IMG/VR virus record: IMGVR_UViG_3300027833_000016
Reading direction: 5' to 3' (one strand)
Length of the DNA stretch: 64,000 nt
Origin: a virus
The notes under the pieces are model-generated. The model worked only from the letters and a program-made list of their open reading frames with translations. It did not search any database and had not been told where the DNA came from. A program made the translations under genes and the position numbers. This document shows, in pieces, positions 49,706 to 57,559 of the stretch. The number at the start of each line of letters is the position of its first letter. The first letter of the stretch is position 1.

Positions 49706-50696
49706 TGTCACATATGCGAGTATAGGTACTGTAACTGAACTAGAAGGAAGTGGGATTATAGCAAGGGAGGATTTAGAACTCCCTGCTGATCTCACTGCCT
49801 CCGTTGAGATGGATGATGAAATACAAACTGGGATGGGTTCTGTAGGAATTACCTTTGATGATGATACTCAGGTAATGATTGGAGAACACTCCGAACTGTA
49901 CATTGATGATTTTGTATATGATCCTTCGGATGACTCAGGTTCACTGGGTCTTCTAGTAACGATGGGTACTGTCAAGTACACGTCTGGGGCACTCGCCCAT
50001 GCCAACAGAGATTCAGTAGATATCCAAACCCCCTCCGCATCCATTGCGGTGAGGGGTACCTCTTTCAGTATGACCGTAAACGAGATCGGAGACTCTCTTA
50101 TCGTATTGCTTCCTAACTTGGACGGCACAGTAGGAGAGATTTCAGTCGATACGGCAGTCGGTCAGGTTGTATTGAATAAAGCATTCCAGTTGACCCATGC
50201 TAAGAATAGAGAATTACCCCCATCTAAACCTATCATCATTAGTATTGATTCCGATATGATCAACAACCTAATGTTGATTTCGCCACCCCCTGCACTTCAA
50301 CAACAGATGATTGATGAGCAAACGGATGCCTTGTCCGAAGACTTACTAGATGATTCTTTCCTAGATGAGGACGAACTAGAAGAAGATGTACTGGAGTTCG
50401 ATGAACTAGAGATCAATGAGTTACTGGTGGATCTACTTGCCAATGCACTAACTGATCCTCTGGCAGAAATAGAAGACGGACGAGAGACAGGGTTCAACCA
50501 AACGACTGGTGTATATACATTCATTACCGATGGTGGCAGTATAGGTCGCGTAGTCAGATACGGTAACTCTTCGGTAGTAGATATCAAATATGCAGTACCT
50601 AGTGGTAGTAATATCAAACTCAGTCAACAAGATATAAGAGTTGAGATATATACTAATGACGAATCAGAAAATAATGTTAACATAACCCAAGACTGA
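49638..50696 (+). CDS. FecR-domain exported protein (probable GTG start near 49665)
   Basis: IGTVTELEG, DEIQTG, ITFDDDTQV..GEHSEL, IQTPSASIAVRGT; acidic linker; curlin-like C-term. Confidence 0.82.
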   Translation: MHHILTLTSVVIIRLLLLLSLTNVTYASIGTVTELEGSGIIAREDLELPADLTASVEMDDEIQTGMGSVGITFDDDTQVMIGEHSELYIDDFVYDPSDDSGSLGLLVTMGTVKYTSGALAHANRDSVDIQTPSASIAVRGTSFSMTVNEIGDSLIVLLPNLDGTVGEISVDTAVGQVVLNKAFQLTHAKNRELPPSKPIIISIDSDMINNLMLISPPPALQQQMIDEQTDALSEDLLDDSFLDEDELEEDVLEFDELEINELLVDLLANALTDPLAEIEDGRETGFNQTTGVYTFITDGGSIGRVVRYGNSSVVDIKYAVPSGSNIKLSQQDIRVEIYTNDESENNVNITQD

Positions 50697-50700
50697 GGCA

Positions 50701-52512
50701 ATGACAATGAAGTTTTTGTGGAGTCCCTTGTGGGCATTACTGACTACCATTCTTCTTTTCGGAATAAGTCAATCCAATCCTAAGTTCCTACAGATGGTCG
50801 AACTCAAGTGGTTTGATATTATGATGTTGGACGAACCAGTCAAGTCCGAAGAGACCGTGTTGGTTAACATTGGTGAGAAAGCACTGATCAACCACGGACA
50901 GTTCCCCTTTCCGCGAGACGTATATGCAGATTTGATTCACCGTCTTCGACTTGCAGATGCAGGTGTCATTGTTTTCAATATGAGTTTCCCAGAGAAAGAT
51001 CGATCAGGACAAGATGCTAAGTTCATTAGTGCCATGTCCCAAGGTGTTGTACTCTCTCACTTCCCAGACTGGAGACCAAGACGATCAGTCTACACAACTG
51101 GCATTGCAGAGATAGGAGAACGTGCAGGACAGTTCGTTCCTCAGTACCGTGGCATTATCGGTAACCTACCAGAGTACGAGAAGTCTGCGTCTGGTATTGG
51201 TCTTGCCAATACGCTACCAGAGATCGATGGTGTGGTACGGAGACTACCTTTGGTGTCCGAGTCCAATGAGATCCTCTATCCCAGTATCCTACTAGAGATT
51301 ATGAAAGTCTACTCAGGCACCAACACATACTCAATCAAGAGTAATGTCGCAGGTATCCAAGCAATCAAGGTACGCAAGTTCAAGAAGATCTTGACGAGTC
51401 CAGACGGACAGATCTGGATCAATCCTAACATTACCCACGAAACATATGAAATGGATGATGTATTTACTGGTCTCGCAGGTAAAACGGTGTTTGTTGGCGT
51501 AACTGCTAACGGACTCGCAAACCCTGTACCTACCGCCAATGGAGGTCGCTACGCGCACGAGGTTGCGGCCTCAGCGTATTCAAGTTTAAGGATGGGGTAT
51601 GACATCAACCAACCGTACTATAGTGACTTTGTTCGTGACTATTCTGTTCTAGTCATTGGATTGCTGATAGTATTACTGTCGTGGTTTAGATTTGGTGGTC
51701 TGGCAGTACTATTAATACCAATATCCGTTGTATATGCAACTCAGGCAGACTTCCTCTATAGTCCTATCAATGGCGCATTGTTCGGTCTATTGGTTGCACT
51801 CCATGTATATGGTGTTAAGTACGTCCAAGAGTTCATGGCAAAGATGCAGATCAAGAAACAGTTCGGGACATACCTGTCGCCCGATATGGTAATGATGCTA
51901 CAGAAAGATCCTACCCTATTAAAACTTGGGGGTGAAAGAAAGGAGATGACTTTCCTCTTTATGGACATTGTGGGGTTCACTCCTATCAGTGAGTACTACA
52001 AGAACAACGATGATCCCGAAGGTCTGGTGTTACTAGTCAATGAGTTCCTAGATGCAATGACACAGATCATCCTGAACAACGGTGGCACCATCGACAAATA
52101 TATGGGCGATTGTATCATGGCATTCTGGAATGCTCCGTTGCCGTGTGCTAACCACGCAGAGATGGCGGTTAAATCATCAATAGAAATAGAGGCTAAAACT
52201 AATGAACTTAAAGAAGTATATAAATCAAGAGGTCTTCCTGATATTAATGTCGGTACTGGCGTTAACACCGGGAATTGCATTGTTGGTAACATGGGCAGTG
52301 ATTCCAGATTCGATTACTCAGTCATTGGAGATGCAGTCAATCTTGCAGCCCGTCTCGAAGCAACTGCCGCACGACACGAGTATCTAGAATATAAGACTAT
52401 TATAAGTAGTATGACTAAAGACCAGTTACCCGAAGACTTCCCTACAACTAAGATAGGGGAGATCACAGTCAAAGGCAAGGAAGATGTAATTATCATCTAC
52501 TCGCCATACTAA
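50701..52512 (+). CDS. CHASE2-domain class III adenylate cyclase
   Basis: N-term TM; LVNIGE..GQFPFPR, DGVVRRLP (CHASE2); several TMs; FMDIVGFT, IDKYMGDCIMAF, DYSVIGDAVNLAARLE. Confidence 0.93.
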   Translation: MTMKFLWSPLWALLTTILLFGISQSNPKFLQMVELKWFDIMMLDEPVKSEETVLVNIGEKALINHGQFPFPRDVYADLIHRLRLADAGVIVFNMSFPEKDRSGQDAKFISAMSQGVVLSHFPDWRPRRSVYTTGIAEIGERAGQFVPQYRGIIGNLPEYEKSASGIGLANTLPEIDGVVRRLPLVSESNEILYPSILLEIMKVYSGTNTYSIKSNVAGIQAIKVRKFKKILTSPDGQIWINPNITHETYEMDDVFTGLAGKTVFVGVTANGLANPVPTANGGRYAHEVAASAYSSLRMGYDINQPYYSDFVRDYSVLVIGLLIVLLSWFRFGGLAVLLIPISVVYATQADFLYSPINGALFGLLVALHVYGVKYVQEFMAKMQIKKQFGTYLSPDMVMMLQKDPTLLKLGGERKEMTFLFMDIVGFTPISEYYKNNDDPEGLVLLVNEFLDAMTQIILNNGGTIDKYMGDCIMAFWNAPLPCANHAEMAVKSSIEIEAKTNELKEVYKSRGLPDINVGTGVNTGNCIVGNMGSDSRFDYSVIGDAVNLAARLEATAARHEYLEYKTIISSMTKDQLPEDFPTTKIGEITVKGKEDVIIIYSPY

Positions 52513-52514
52513 TC

Positions 52515-52623
52515 CGACTAGATTGACGGTTTAATGGAAATAACTACCATAATACGTCACTTTAGTCGAGTTATATAATCCCACTACCTTGGGATGCAAC
52601 CTGAGTATGTTCCCAAACTGCTC
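52515..52623 (+). ncRNA. structured RNA candidate: long hairpin plus pseudoknot
   Basis: cgacta/tagtcg, tgacg/cgtca, atgg/ccat nested stems; ttggga/tcccaa stem with loop gagta pairing to tgctc. Confidence 0.4.
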
Positions 52624-52640
52624 CCCTTCAAAGAAACTTC

Positions 52641-52669
52641 TTGACAGATCCTCACTTCCGTGTTATAAT
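52641..52669 (+). promoter_or_regulatory. sigma70 early promoter
   Basis: TTGACA-17-TATAAT. Confidence 0.85.
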
Positions 52670-52751
52670 AGATCTAATGTCCCAACCCAGAGTATATACT
52701 TAAAAGTTATAAATATACTTACCCTTATGATAAAGTGGTCTAAATTAACGC

Positions 52752-52780
52752 TTGACATTCGACCATAACTATGGGATAAT
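52752..52780 (+). promoter_or_regulatory. sigma70 early promoter
   Basis: TTGACA-17-GATAAT with extended TG. Confidence 0.75.
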
Positions 52781-52805
52781 AGTAACTGGAATCGAGGAGA
52801 AGAAT

Positions 52806-52976
52806 ATGTTTATATTACAATTAATAGGATCGGCACTCATAGTAGGTATCGTATGTTTCTTTGGTATCTATGGTAGTGCAATTGCCCTAGAAGAAAATGA
52901 CATTCGCAAGAAACAGTATCGCGCAGGTACACACGACTACTACGGTAATGCGATACAGAGTGACCAAGATTCTTGA
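52806..52976 (+). CDS. small membrane protein
   Basis: GAGGAG RBS; N-terminal TM. Confidence 0.65.
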   Translation: MFILQLIGSALIVGIVCFFGIYGSAIALEENDIRKKQYRAGTHDYYGNAIQSDQDS

Positions 52977-53012
52977 TCTGGTCACCGGAAAGACTTGCTT
53001 TTATTATGAATG

Positions 53013-53046
53013 TATGAGATAATAGTACCCTATTGAGATGAGAGAG
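53013..53046 (+). repeat. early promoter/leader cassette copy 1
   Basis: TATGAGATAATAGTACCCTATTGAGATGAGAGAG, -35 TTGCTT at 52995. Confidence 0.9.
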
Positions 53047-53052
53047 AAAGTT

Positions 53053-53196
53053 ATGATTAAGTATGTATTGAGAAACGTTGTTAATGACCAGTTAATTAAC
53101 TGTAAGATGTTCGACACTATGGTCGATGCTCTTAACTATCGTATGACTTATCTTGAGCGTGATGTTGCTTGGGTTGACCAAGTGGAGGTGAAGTAA
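53053..53196 (+). CDS. 47-aa hypothetical protein (not in ORF track)
   Basis: MIKYVLRNVVNDQL...; directly after cassette RBS. Confidence 0.6.
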   Translation: MIKYVLRNVVNDQLINCKMFDTMVDALNYRMTYLERDVAWVDQVEVK

Positions 53197-53336
53197 TGTT
53201 TGATAATGAAATTGGTAATCTTATGAACGATCTTGTAATGTTGATCGATGCCGCTGAGTGTTACAATGAGACGTACTACAACAGTGAGTACAAACGAATC
53301 ACCAACCGATTGGTTGAGTTAGGGACTGAATTATGA
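53196..53336 (+). CDS. 46-aa hypothetical protein (not in ORF track)
   Basis: GGAGG RBS; TAATG and ATGA couplings. Confidence 0.65.
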   Translation: MFDNEIGNLMNDLVMLIDAAECYNETYYNSEYKRITNRLVELGTEL

Positions 53337-53806
53337 AGTATGTTGTACAGACACAAATTCGTGAGAACTATGGTGCCCACGACTGGGACAAACATAAGGG
53401 TGTATGCCCACAGTACTGGAAGTACAAGGGTGGTAACACCTATGTATTCCCTGATGTGTCTATTGCAGTCGCATCCAATAAAGATGATGCGTTCTATTCT
53501 ATCATCCAAAACAACCTTACCTCTGCTGATGATTACTATGAAGAGTACATCGTTGGTGAGGAACTCATCGATGATTCGGATACCACACCTATTTGTGAGG
53601 ACTGGGAAACACCCATCATATGTAATATAGTTAACGGTGCTATCCACTGCACTACTGACTCTAGTCCTCAACATCGTGAAGATGCTAGGAAGAAAGAGAC
53701 CTTTGTTATGCTTAAAGGTGTCCGAGAAGATTACACTCTACGTTATCATCTTCTTGATGGTAGAGTACTTAACTGGAAAGGAGGAGAACTATGTCTCGCG
53801 GCATAA
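53333..53806 (+). CDS. hypothetical protein
   Basis: QIRENYGAHDWD..CPQYWKYKGG. Confidence 0.7.
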   Translation: MKYVVQTQIRENYGAHDWDKHKGVCPQYWKYKGGNTYVFPDVSIAVASNKDDAFYSIIQNNLTSADDYYEEYIVGEELIDDSDTTPICEDWETPIICNIVNGAIHCTTDSSPQHREDARKKETFVMLKGVREDYTLRYHLLDGRVLNWKGGELCLAA

Positions 53807-54093
53807 ACGATGTAACCCCTGCTGAGTGGGATGCAGTACGTCCTACACGCCACCGTGATCACAATGCGATCATACTAAAGGAGACCACCAAGTGGGATCT
53901 TCCTTATCATGTTCAGAACCACACATATGCGCTCAATCAGTATACTGGTAAGTTAGTCGCCATGTGGTCAGAGAAAACAGGTGAGTTCAAACGATTCACC
54001 AAACCCTTGTCGTTCAGTAAGTCCAAACGTACCTTCGACAAGATAACACACAGTGCGGCAAAACCGTACCGAGCAGAGGTAGAAGCAGAATGA
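53791..54093 (+). CDS. hypothetical protein
   Basis: AGGAG RBS; coupled ORF. Confidence 0.65.
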   Translation: MSRGINDVTPAEWDAVRPTRHRDHNAIILKETTKWDLPYHVQNHTYALNQYTGKLVAMWSEKTGEFKRFTKPLSFSKSKRTFDKITHSAAKPYRAEVEAE

Positions 54094-54365
54094 CACAAGT
54101 TATGACACTAGACATGGATCAGGTAGATCTGATTGTTGCGAATGAGATGGCATCTTTAATTAAAAACTTCACACGAGATCTAGAAGCAATCCGCGCAGGT
54201 AAGAATGTTCTGGCAACCTTTGACTCAGACCCCGACTTAGAACAACTTCACATCATAGAACACATTGATGCGTTTAAACTTGTACTTGAGTGGGTAGGTA
54301 ATCCTGAAGAACTTCAGGCAGATATCTTTAATAGTGAACGCCTTGGGGAGTTACTTAATGGATGA
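54090..54365 (+). CDS. hypothetical protein
   Basis: ATGA-coupled ORF. Confidence 0.65.
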   Translation: MTQVMTLDMDQVDLIVANEMASLIKNFTRDLEAIRAGKNVLATFDSDPDLEQLHIIEHIDAFKLVLEWVGNPEELQADIFNSERLGELLNG

Positions 54366-54534
54366 GATAAGATTTGTTGAGATAATCAACGAAGAAATTA
54401 CTGAGTTGACTCTTGAGATTAAAGACTGTGCTGATAATATGGTACCAGTTAAAGGTCTTCAGATGGGAACCCTTCAGAAACTTCTGCGTAGGGTGCAAGA
54501 AGAAACTTACCTGAATGCCGAGGACTTTAAATGA
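54358..54534 (+). CDS. hypothetical protein
   Basis: GGAG RBS; overlap coupling. Confidence 0.6.
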   Translation: MDEIRFVEIINEEITELTLEIKDCADNMVPVKGLQMGTLQKLLRRVQEETYLNAEDFK

Positions 54535-54827
54535 AGCACGGTAATATGACGTGTTATCCTTCGGGACGTAAGAAGTCCTACAATGCTTGGTCTACCAAGA
54601 AGAAGAAGGTAGAGTGGAAGGACTCAGTTCTACCTGCGTCTACCAACTTTGTACGCGACACAAAACACTACCCAAGTGTTTCTAATAATGTACAATGTAC
54701 AGTTAATGAAACACTTTCACGAGAAGAACGCCTAAAGATATCATCTGGATACACAGTTGCCCCTGCCTACAACAAGGGTGCCTATCAGGTGATCCCCAGA
54801 GATCAAGTCGAGAATATTGGCAAATAG
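54531..54827 (+). CDS. basic hypothetical protein
   Basis: APAYNKGAYQVI motif. Confidence 0.7.
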   Translation: MKHGNMTCYPSGRKKSYNAWSTKKKKVEWKDSVLPASTNFVRDTKHYPSVSNNVQCTVNETLSREERLKISSGYTVAPAYNKGAYQVIPRDQVENIGK

Positions 54828-54906
54828 ACCATATACTCAAAAGTTATAAGGTTATTCGATAACGGTCTAAAAATAAGTCAATTAGTTCTTGCATTCTTGT
54901 TATGAA

Positions 54907-54940
54907 TATGAGATAATAGTACCCTATTGAGATGAGAGAG
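54907..54940 (+). repeat. early promoter/leader cassette copy 2 (identical 34 bp)
   Basis: exact match to 53013-53046; -35 TTGCAT at 54889. Confidence 0.9.
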
Positions 54941-54943
54941 TAA

Positions 54944-55087
54944 ATGATTATGACCCACCTAGCAAGCATCCTGTTACACGAACTCGCTGAGTTAATTGAG
55001 TCAAGCGAGATCTTCAGCGAAGATGAGTATGATACTCGTTATGAGAATCTTGTCCGACTCATCAATCAAGAAGGAGGTTTCGAATGA
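54944..55087 (+). CDS. 47-aa hypothetical protein (not in ORF track)
   Basis: after cassette RBS; ATGA coupling to next ORF. Confidence 0.6.
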   Translation: MIMTHLASILLHELAELIESSEIFSEDEYDTRYENLVRLINQEGGFE

Positions 55088-55341
55088 ACATACCATCCGC
55101 ATCTATCTACCGTGACTTATGTCCACTGAACCAAGGCCCGACTATGGTCGGTAAGTTCATCGACTATATGCTAGACTTCTATGGCGTTAACGGTGTCTAT
55201 CCGTATGCCGTCACTGAGAAAGAGATCGAGAAAGCATTAGGTCTTCGACTCAAGCGATTCGACTGGTTACCGTTTGACGGTGACACACTTGACCGAGAAC
55301 ATTGTTTTGAAATTATTATGGAATTACGAGGACACAAATAG
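55084..55341 (+). CDS. hypothetical protein
   Basis: AGGAGG RBS. Confidence 0.7.
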   Translation: MNIPSASIYRDLCPLNQGPTMVGKFIDYMLDFYGVNGVYPYAVTEKEIEKALGLRLKRFDWLPFDGDTLDREHCFEIIMELRGHK

Positions 55342-55779
55342 ATGACTCCATTTTACCTAGAAGGTAGCATTAAGAACAAAGAACTTACTTGGGTATATGC
55401 ATCAATGTTAATGAAAGCACTGAAGATTGATCGCTTCACCCAACGGTTTGTAACCATAAAGTTTGCCAATGATATTGGTGGTGCTGAAGGTCTGTGCGAA
55501 GGTGAAAGAAATTATGCTGAGATCCAGATCGCCAAGAAGTGTCCTGCGACTGGACGCAAGTTAGGGTACATCGAAATGATGAAGACTCTGGCACACGAGA
55601 TGGTTCACGCGAGACAGTTTCTCCGTGGACAACTGACCTGCGAAGGTGGGTTTGCATGGAAGGGACGTAAAGCGGATGGATTCGAATACATGAATCAACC
55701 TTGGGAAAAAGAGGCATACCGTCTCGAAGATGAACTGTTCATCAAAGTCTTCCCATTCGAAGCGAGTTTTACCCAATGA
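55342..55779 (+). CDS. zincin-like metallopeptidase
   Basis: TLAHEMVHARQ...YMNQPWEKEAY. Confidence 0.75.
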   Translation: MTPFYLEGSIKNKELTWVYASMLMKALKIDRFTQRFVTIKFANDIGGAEGLCEGERNYAEIQIAKKCPATGRKLGYIEMMKTLAHEMVHARQFLRGQLTCEGGFAWKGRKADGFEYMNQPWEKEAYRLEDELFIKVFPFEASFTQ

Positions 55780-55964
55780 ATACAAAAGAAATGATACTCC
55801 TATTTGCGAGTCTATTCATATTAGGAATGGCAATAGATTTACGCATCACCGAGGGTAGTGCAGGTGGTTATGCCATTATGTGTATACCTGCCGCATTTTA
55901 TCTTCTACTCAAATATGTCCCTGCTATAAATACTAGGGACAATAAGAGGAAGTACTACAAATGA
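55776..55964 (+). CDS. small 2-TM membrane protein
   Basis: two hydrophobic segments, basic C-term. Confidence 0.6.
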   Translation: MNTKEMILLFASLFILGMAIDLRITEGSAGGYAIMCIPAAFYLLLKYVPAINTRDNKRKYYK

Positions 55965-56335
55965 AACAATTACTAATGTGTCTGGTTCTTGCAGGTTCTC
56001 TTGCAGGTTGCGCAGGTACTATTCCATCAACATATGATCCGAACGAGTCACAAGGCATCATCAACATCTTACACACAGTCGAGAAACTGGACTGCAAAGA
56101 TACTGAGTATGCCGAGTATAGTTCTGGAGAGATCAAAGAGATGATCGATTGGATGCATACCTACAGTGAGATGAAAGGCAATGAAGATATCCTCTTGTCT
56201 ATTCACACCATAAAGGTAACTGCGTCTGGATTAAAGAAAGGTATGAGTACTGGTTTCTGTAGGATCAAGAAACAACTATTGATAACCCAGATCGAATCAA
56301 CTGCACAAGCAATAATGTCGAGGTACGGAGAATGA
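55961..56335 (+). CDS. lipoprotein
   Basis: lipobox LAGC; TATAAATA at 55925-55932 upstream. Confidence 0.72.
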   Translation: MKQLLMCLVLAGSLAGCAGTIPSTYDPNESQGIINILHTVEKLDCKDTEYAEYSSGEIKEMIDWMHTYSEMKGNEDILLSIHTIKVTASGLKKGMSTGFCRIKKQLLITQIESTAQAIMSRYGE

Positions 56336-56556
56336 TCAACGAACTATTAACCCACGAAGATCCGTGGGTACGCGAGAAAGCATCACACATCAACCAACTC
56401 GAAGAGATGCACCGTGATGGTGAGATCTCTACCGAGGAATATGTCGAGTTACTAGAAGACATTACTCGAACCGAGATGGTACTCGATAACAATGCCAACG
56501 TCAATGGTATGACCCTAATCATCAAAGTGGTCACAGGTTTACTTAAATTAGTTTAA
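56332..56556 (+). CDS. hypothetical protein
   Basis: GEISTEEYVEL; ATGA coupled. Confidence 0.65.
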   Translation: MINELLTHEDPWVREKASHINQLEEMHRDGEISTEEYVELLEDITRTEMVLDNNANVNGMTLIIKVVTGLLKLV

Positions 56557-56582
56557 ATAATGCTTGCTTTAGTAACAAGTTC

Positions 56583-56616
56583 TATGGTATAATAGTTACC
56601 TATTGAGATGAGAGAG
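56583..56616 (+). repeat. early promoter/leader cassette copy 3 (variant)
   Basis: TATGGTATAATAGTTACCTATTGAGATGAGAGAG; -35 TTGCTT at 56564. Confidence 0.85.
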
Positions 56617-56625
56617 AAGATTACA

Positions 56626-57114
56626 ATGTTAGTTGAAGCGATCCAGTTTGCCACCGAGATGCACAAAGGTCAGGTACGAAAGTATACTGGTGAAGCATAT
56701 ATCACCCACCCTGTTGCCGTTGCTGATCTTGTTGAAGAGTATATGGATGCCAATGGTTACAGCGAAGATGAGATCATGGATGCCATGACCATTGCCGTCT
56801 TGCACGATACTGTCGAAGACACCGAAGCAACCGAGGAAGACATCTTCCAGATGTACGGTGCTGACATTGCCAGTGGTGTTTGGTTCTTAACCAAGTGTCC
56901 TGACTATGTAGGTAACAGACGAATCCGCAAGAAGATCTGCGAAGACCGCCTTGCTCGTGCCCCACAAATTATTAAAATTATCAAGACATTTGATATGTAC
57001 CACAACAGTCTAACCTTGGAAAGAGATGACCCTAAGTTCTACAAGGTCTTTATGGTTGAGACTGCCAGTTTGTTGAGCGCAATGAAAACTACTGAGATCT
57101 TTCCGAAGAAGTAA
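56626..57114 (+). CDS. HD-domain small alarmone hydrolase (SpoT/Mesh1-like)
   Basis: AIQFATEMHKGQVRKYTGEAYITHPVAVA, AVLHDTVEDT, LTK, IK.FD..N. Confidence 0.85.
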   Translation: MLVEAIQFATEMHKGQVRKYTGEAYITHPVAVADLVEEYMDANGYSEDEIMDAMTIAVLHDTVEDTEATEEDIFQMYGADIASGVWFLTKCPDYVGNRRIRKKICEDRLARAPQIIKIIKTFDMYHNSLTLERDDPKFYKVFMVETASLLSAMKTTEIFPKK

Positions 57115-57139
57115 CTACTTAAATTATTGGAGATATATT

Positions 57140-57469
57140 ATGGGAATTCACGTTAACATTTATAAAACTGGCAACTATGACTGCACCAACGGTGGTGAGT
57201 CTAGTTACGCAAAAGGGTTCTGTGTGACCAACGCAGAAGGCCCGTTCTCACCGTGCGAAGAGTATCCTGCCGCAGAACTTGTGATGGCAGAACCCATCGG
57301 TGGTCAAAAGATCCTCAGACTGATTCCGACTTCTAAGTGCAAGGTATGGTCTATGTTCGGTGGCAACTACGCAGGTACGAGTGATTCGAGGTTCTCAAAA
57401 CTTTGTGACAAATTGCTTGGATCGAACTTCTATGGTGCGGTTGCTATCTTTGACCGTGTTGAAAACTAA
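57140..57469 (+). CDS. conserved hypothetical protein
   Basis: DCTNGGES, MFGGNYAGTSDSRF, IFDRVE. Confidence 0.75.
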   Translation: MGIHVNIYKTGNYDCTNGGESSYAKGFCVTNAEGPFSPCEEYPAAELVMAEPIGGQKILRLIPTSKCKVWSMFGGNYAGTSDSRFSKLCDKLLGSNFYGAVAIFDRVEN

Positions 57470-57482
57470 TCCGGGAAAAGAC

Positions 57483-57511
57483 TTGACATGATAACAAGTA
57501 TATGATATAAT
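57483..57511 (+). promoter_or_regulatory. sigma70 early promoter
   Basis: TTGACA-17-TATAAT. Confidence 0.85.
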
Positions 57512-57559
57512 ACTTGTATAGATAATGAGAAACCAATTAATAAAGTGAGAAATAATATT

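Noticed and set aside
53013-56616. 34-bp repeats as a CRISPR array or attachment sites
   Set aside because: Copies are about 1.7-1.9 kb apart, separated by genes, and consist of -10 box plus RBS, so they are promoter cassettes.
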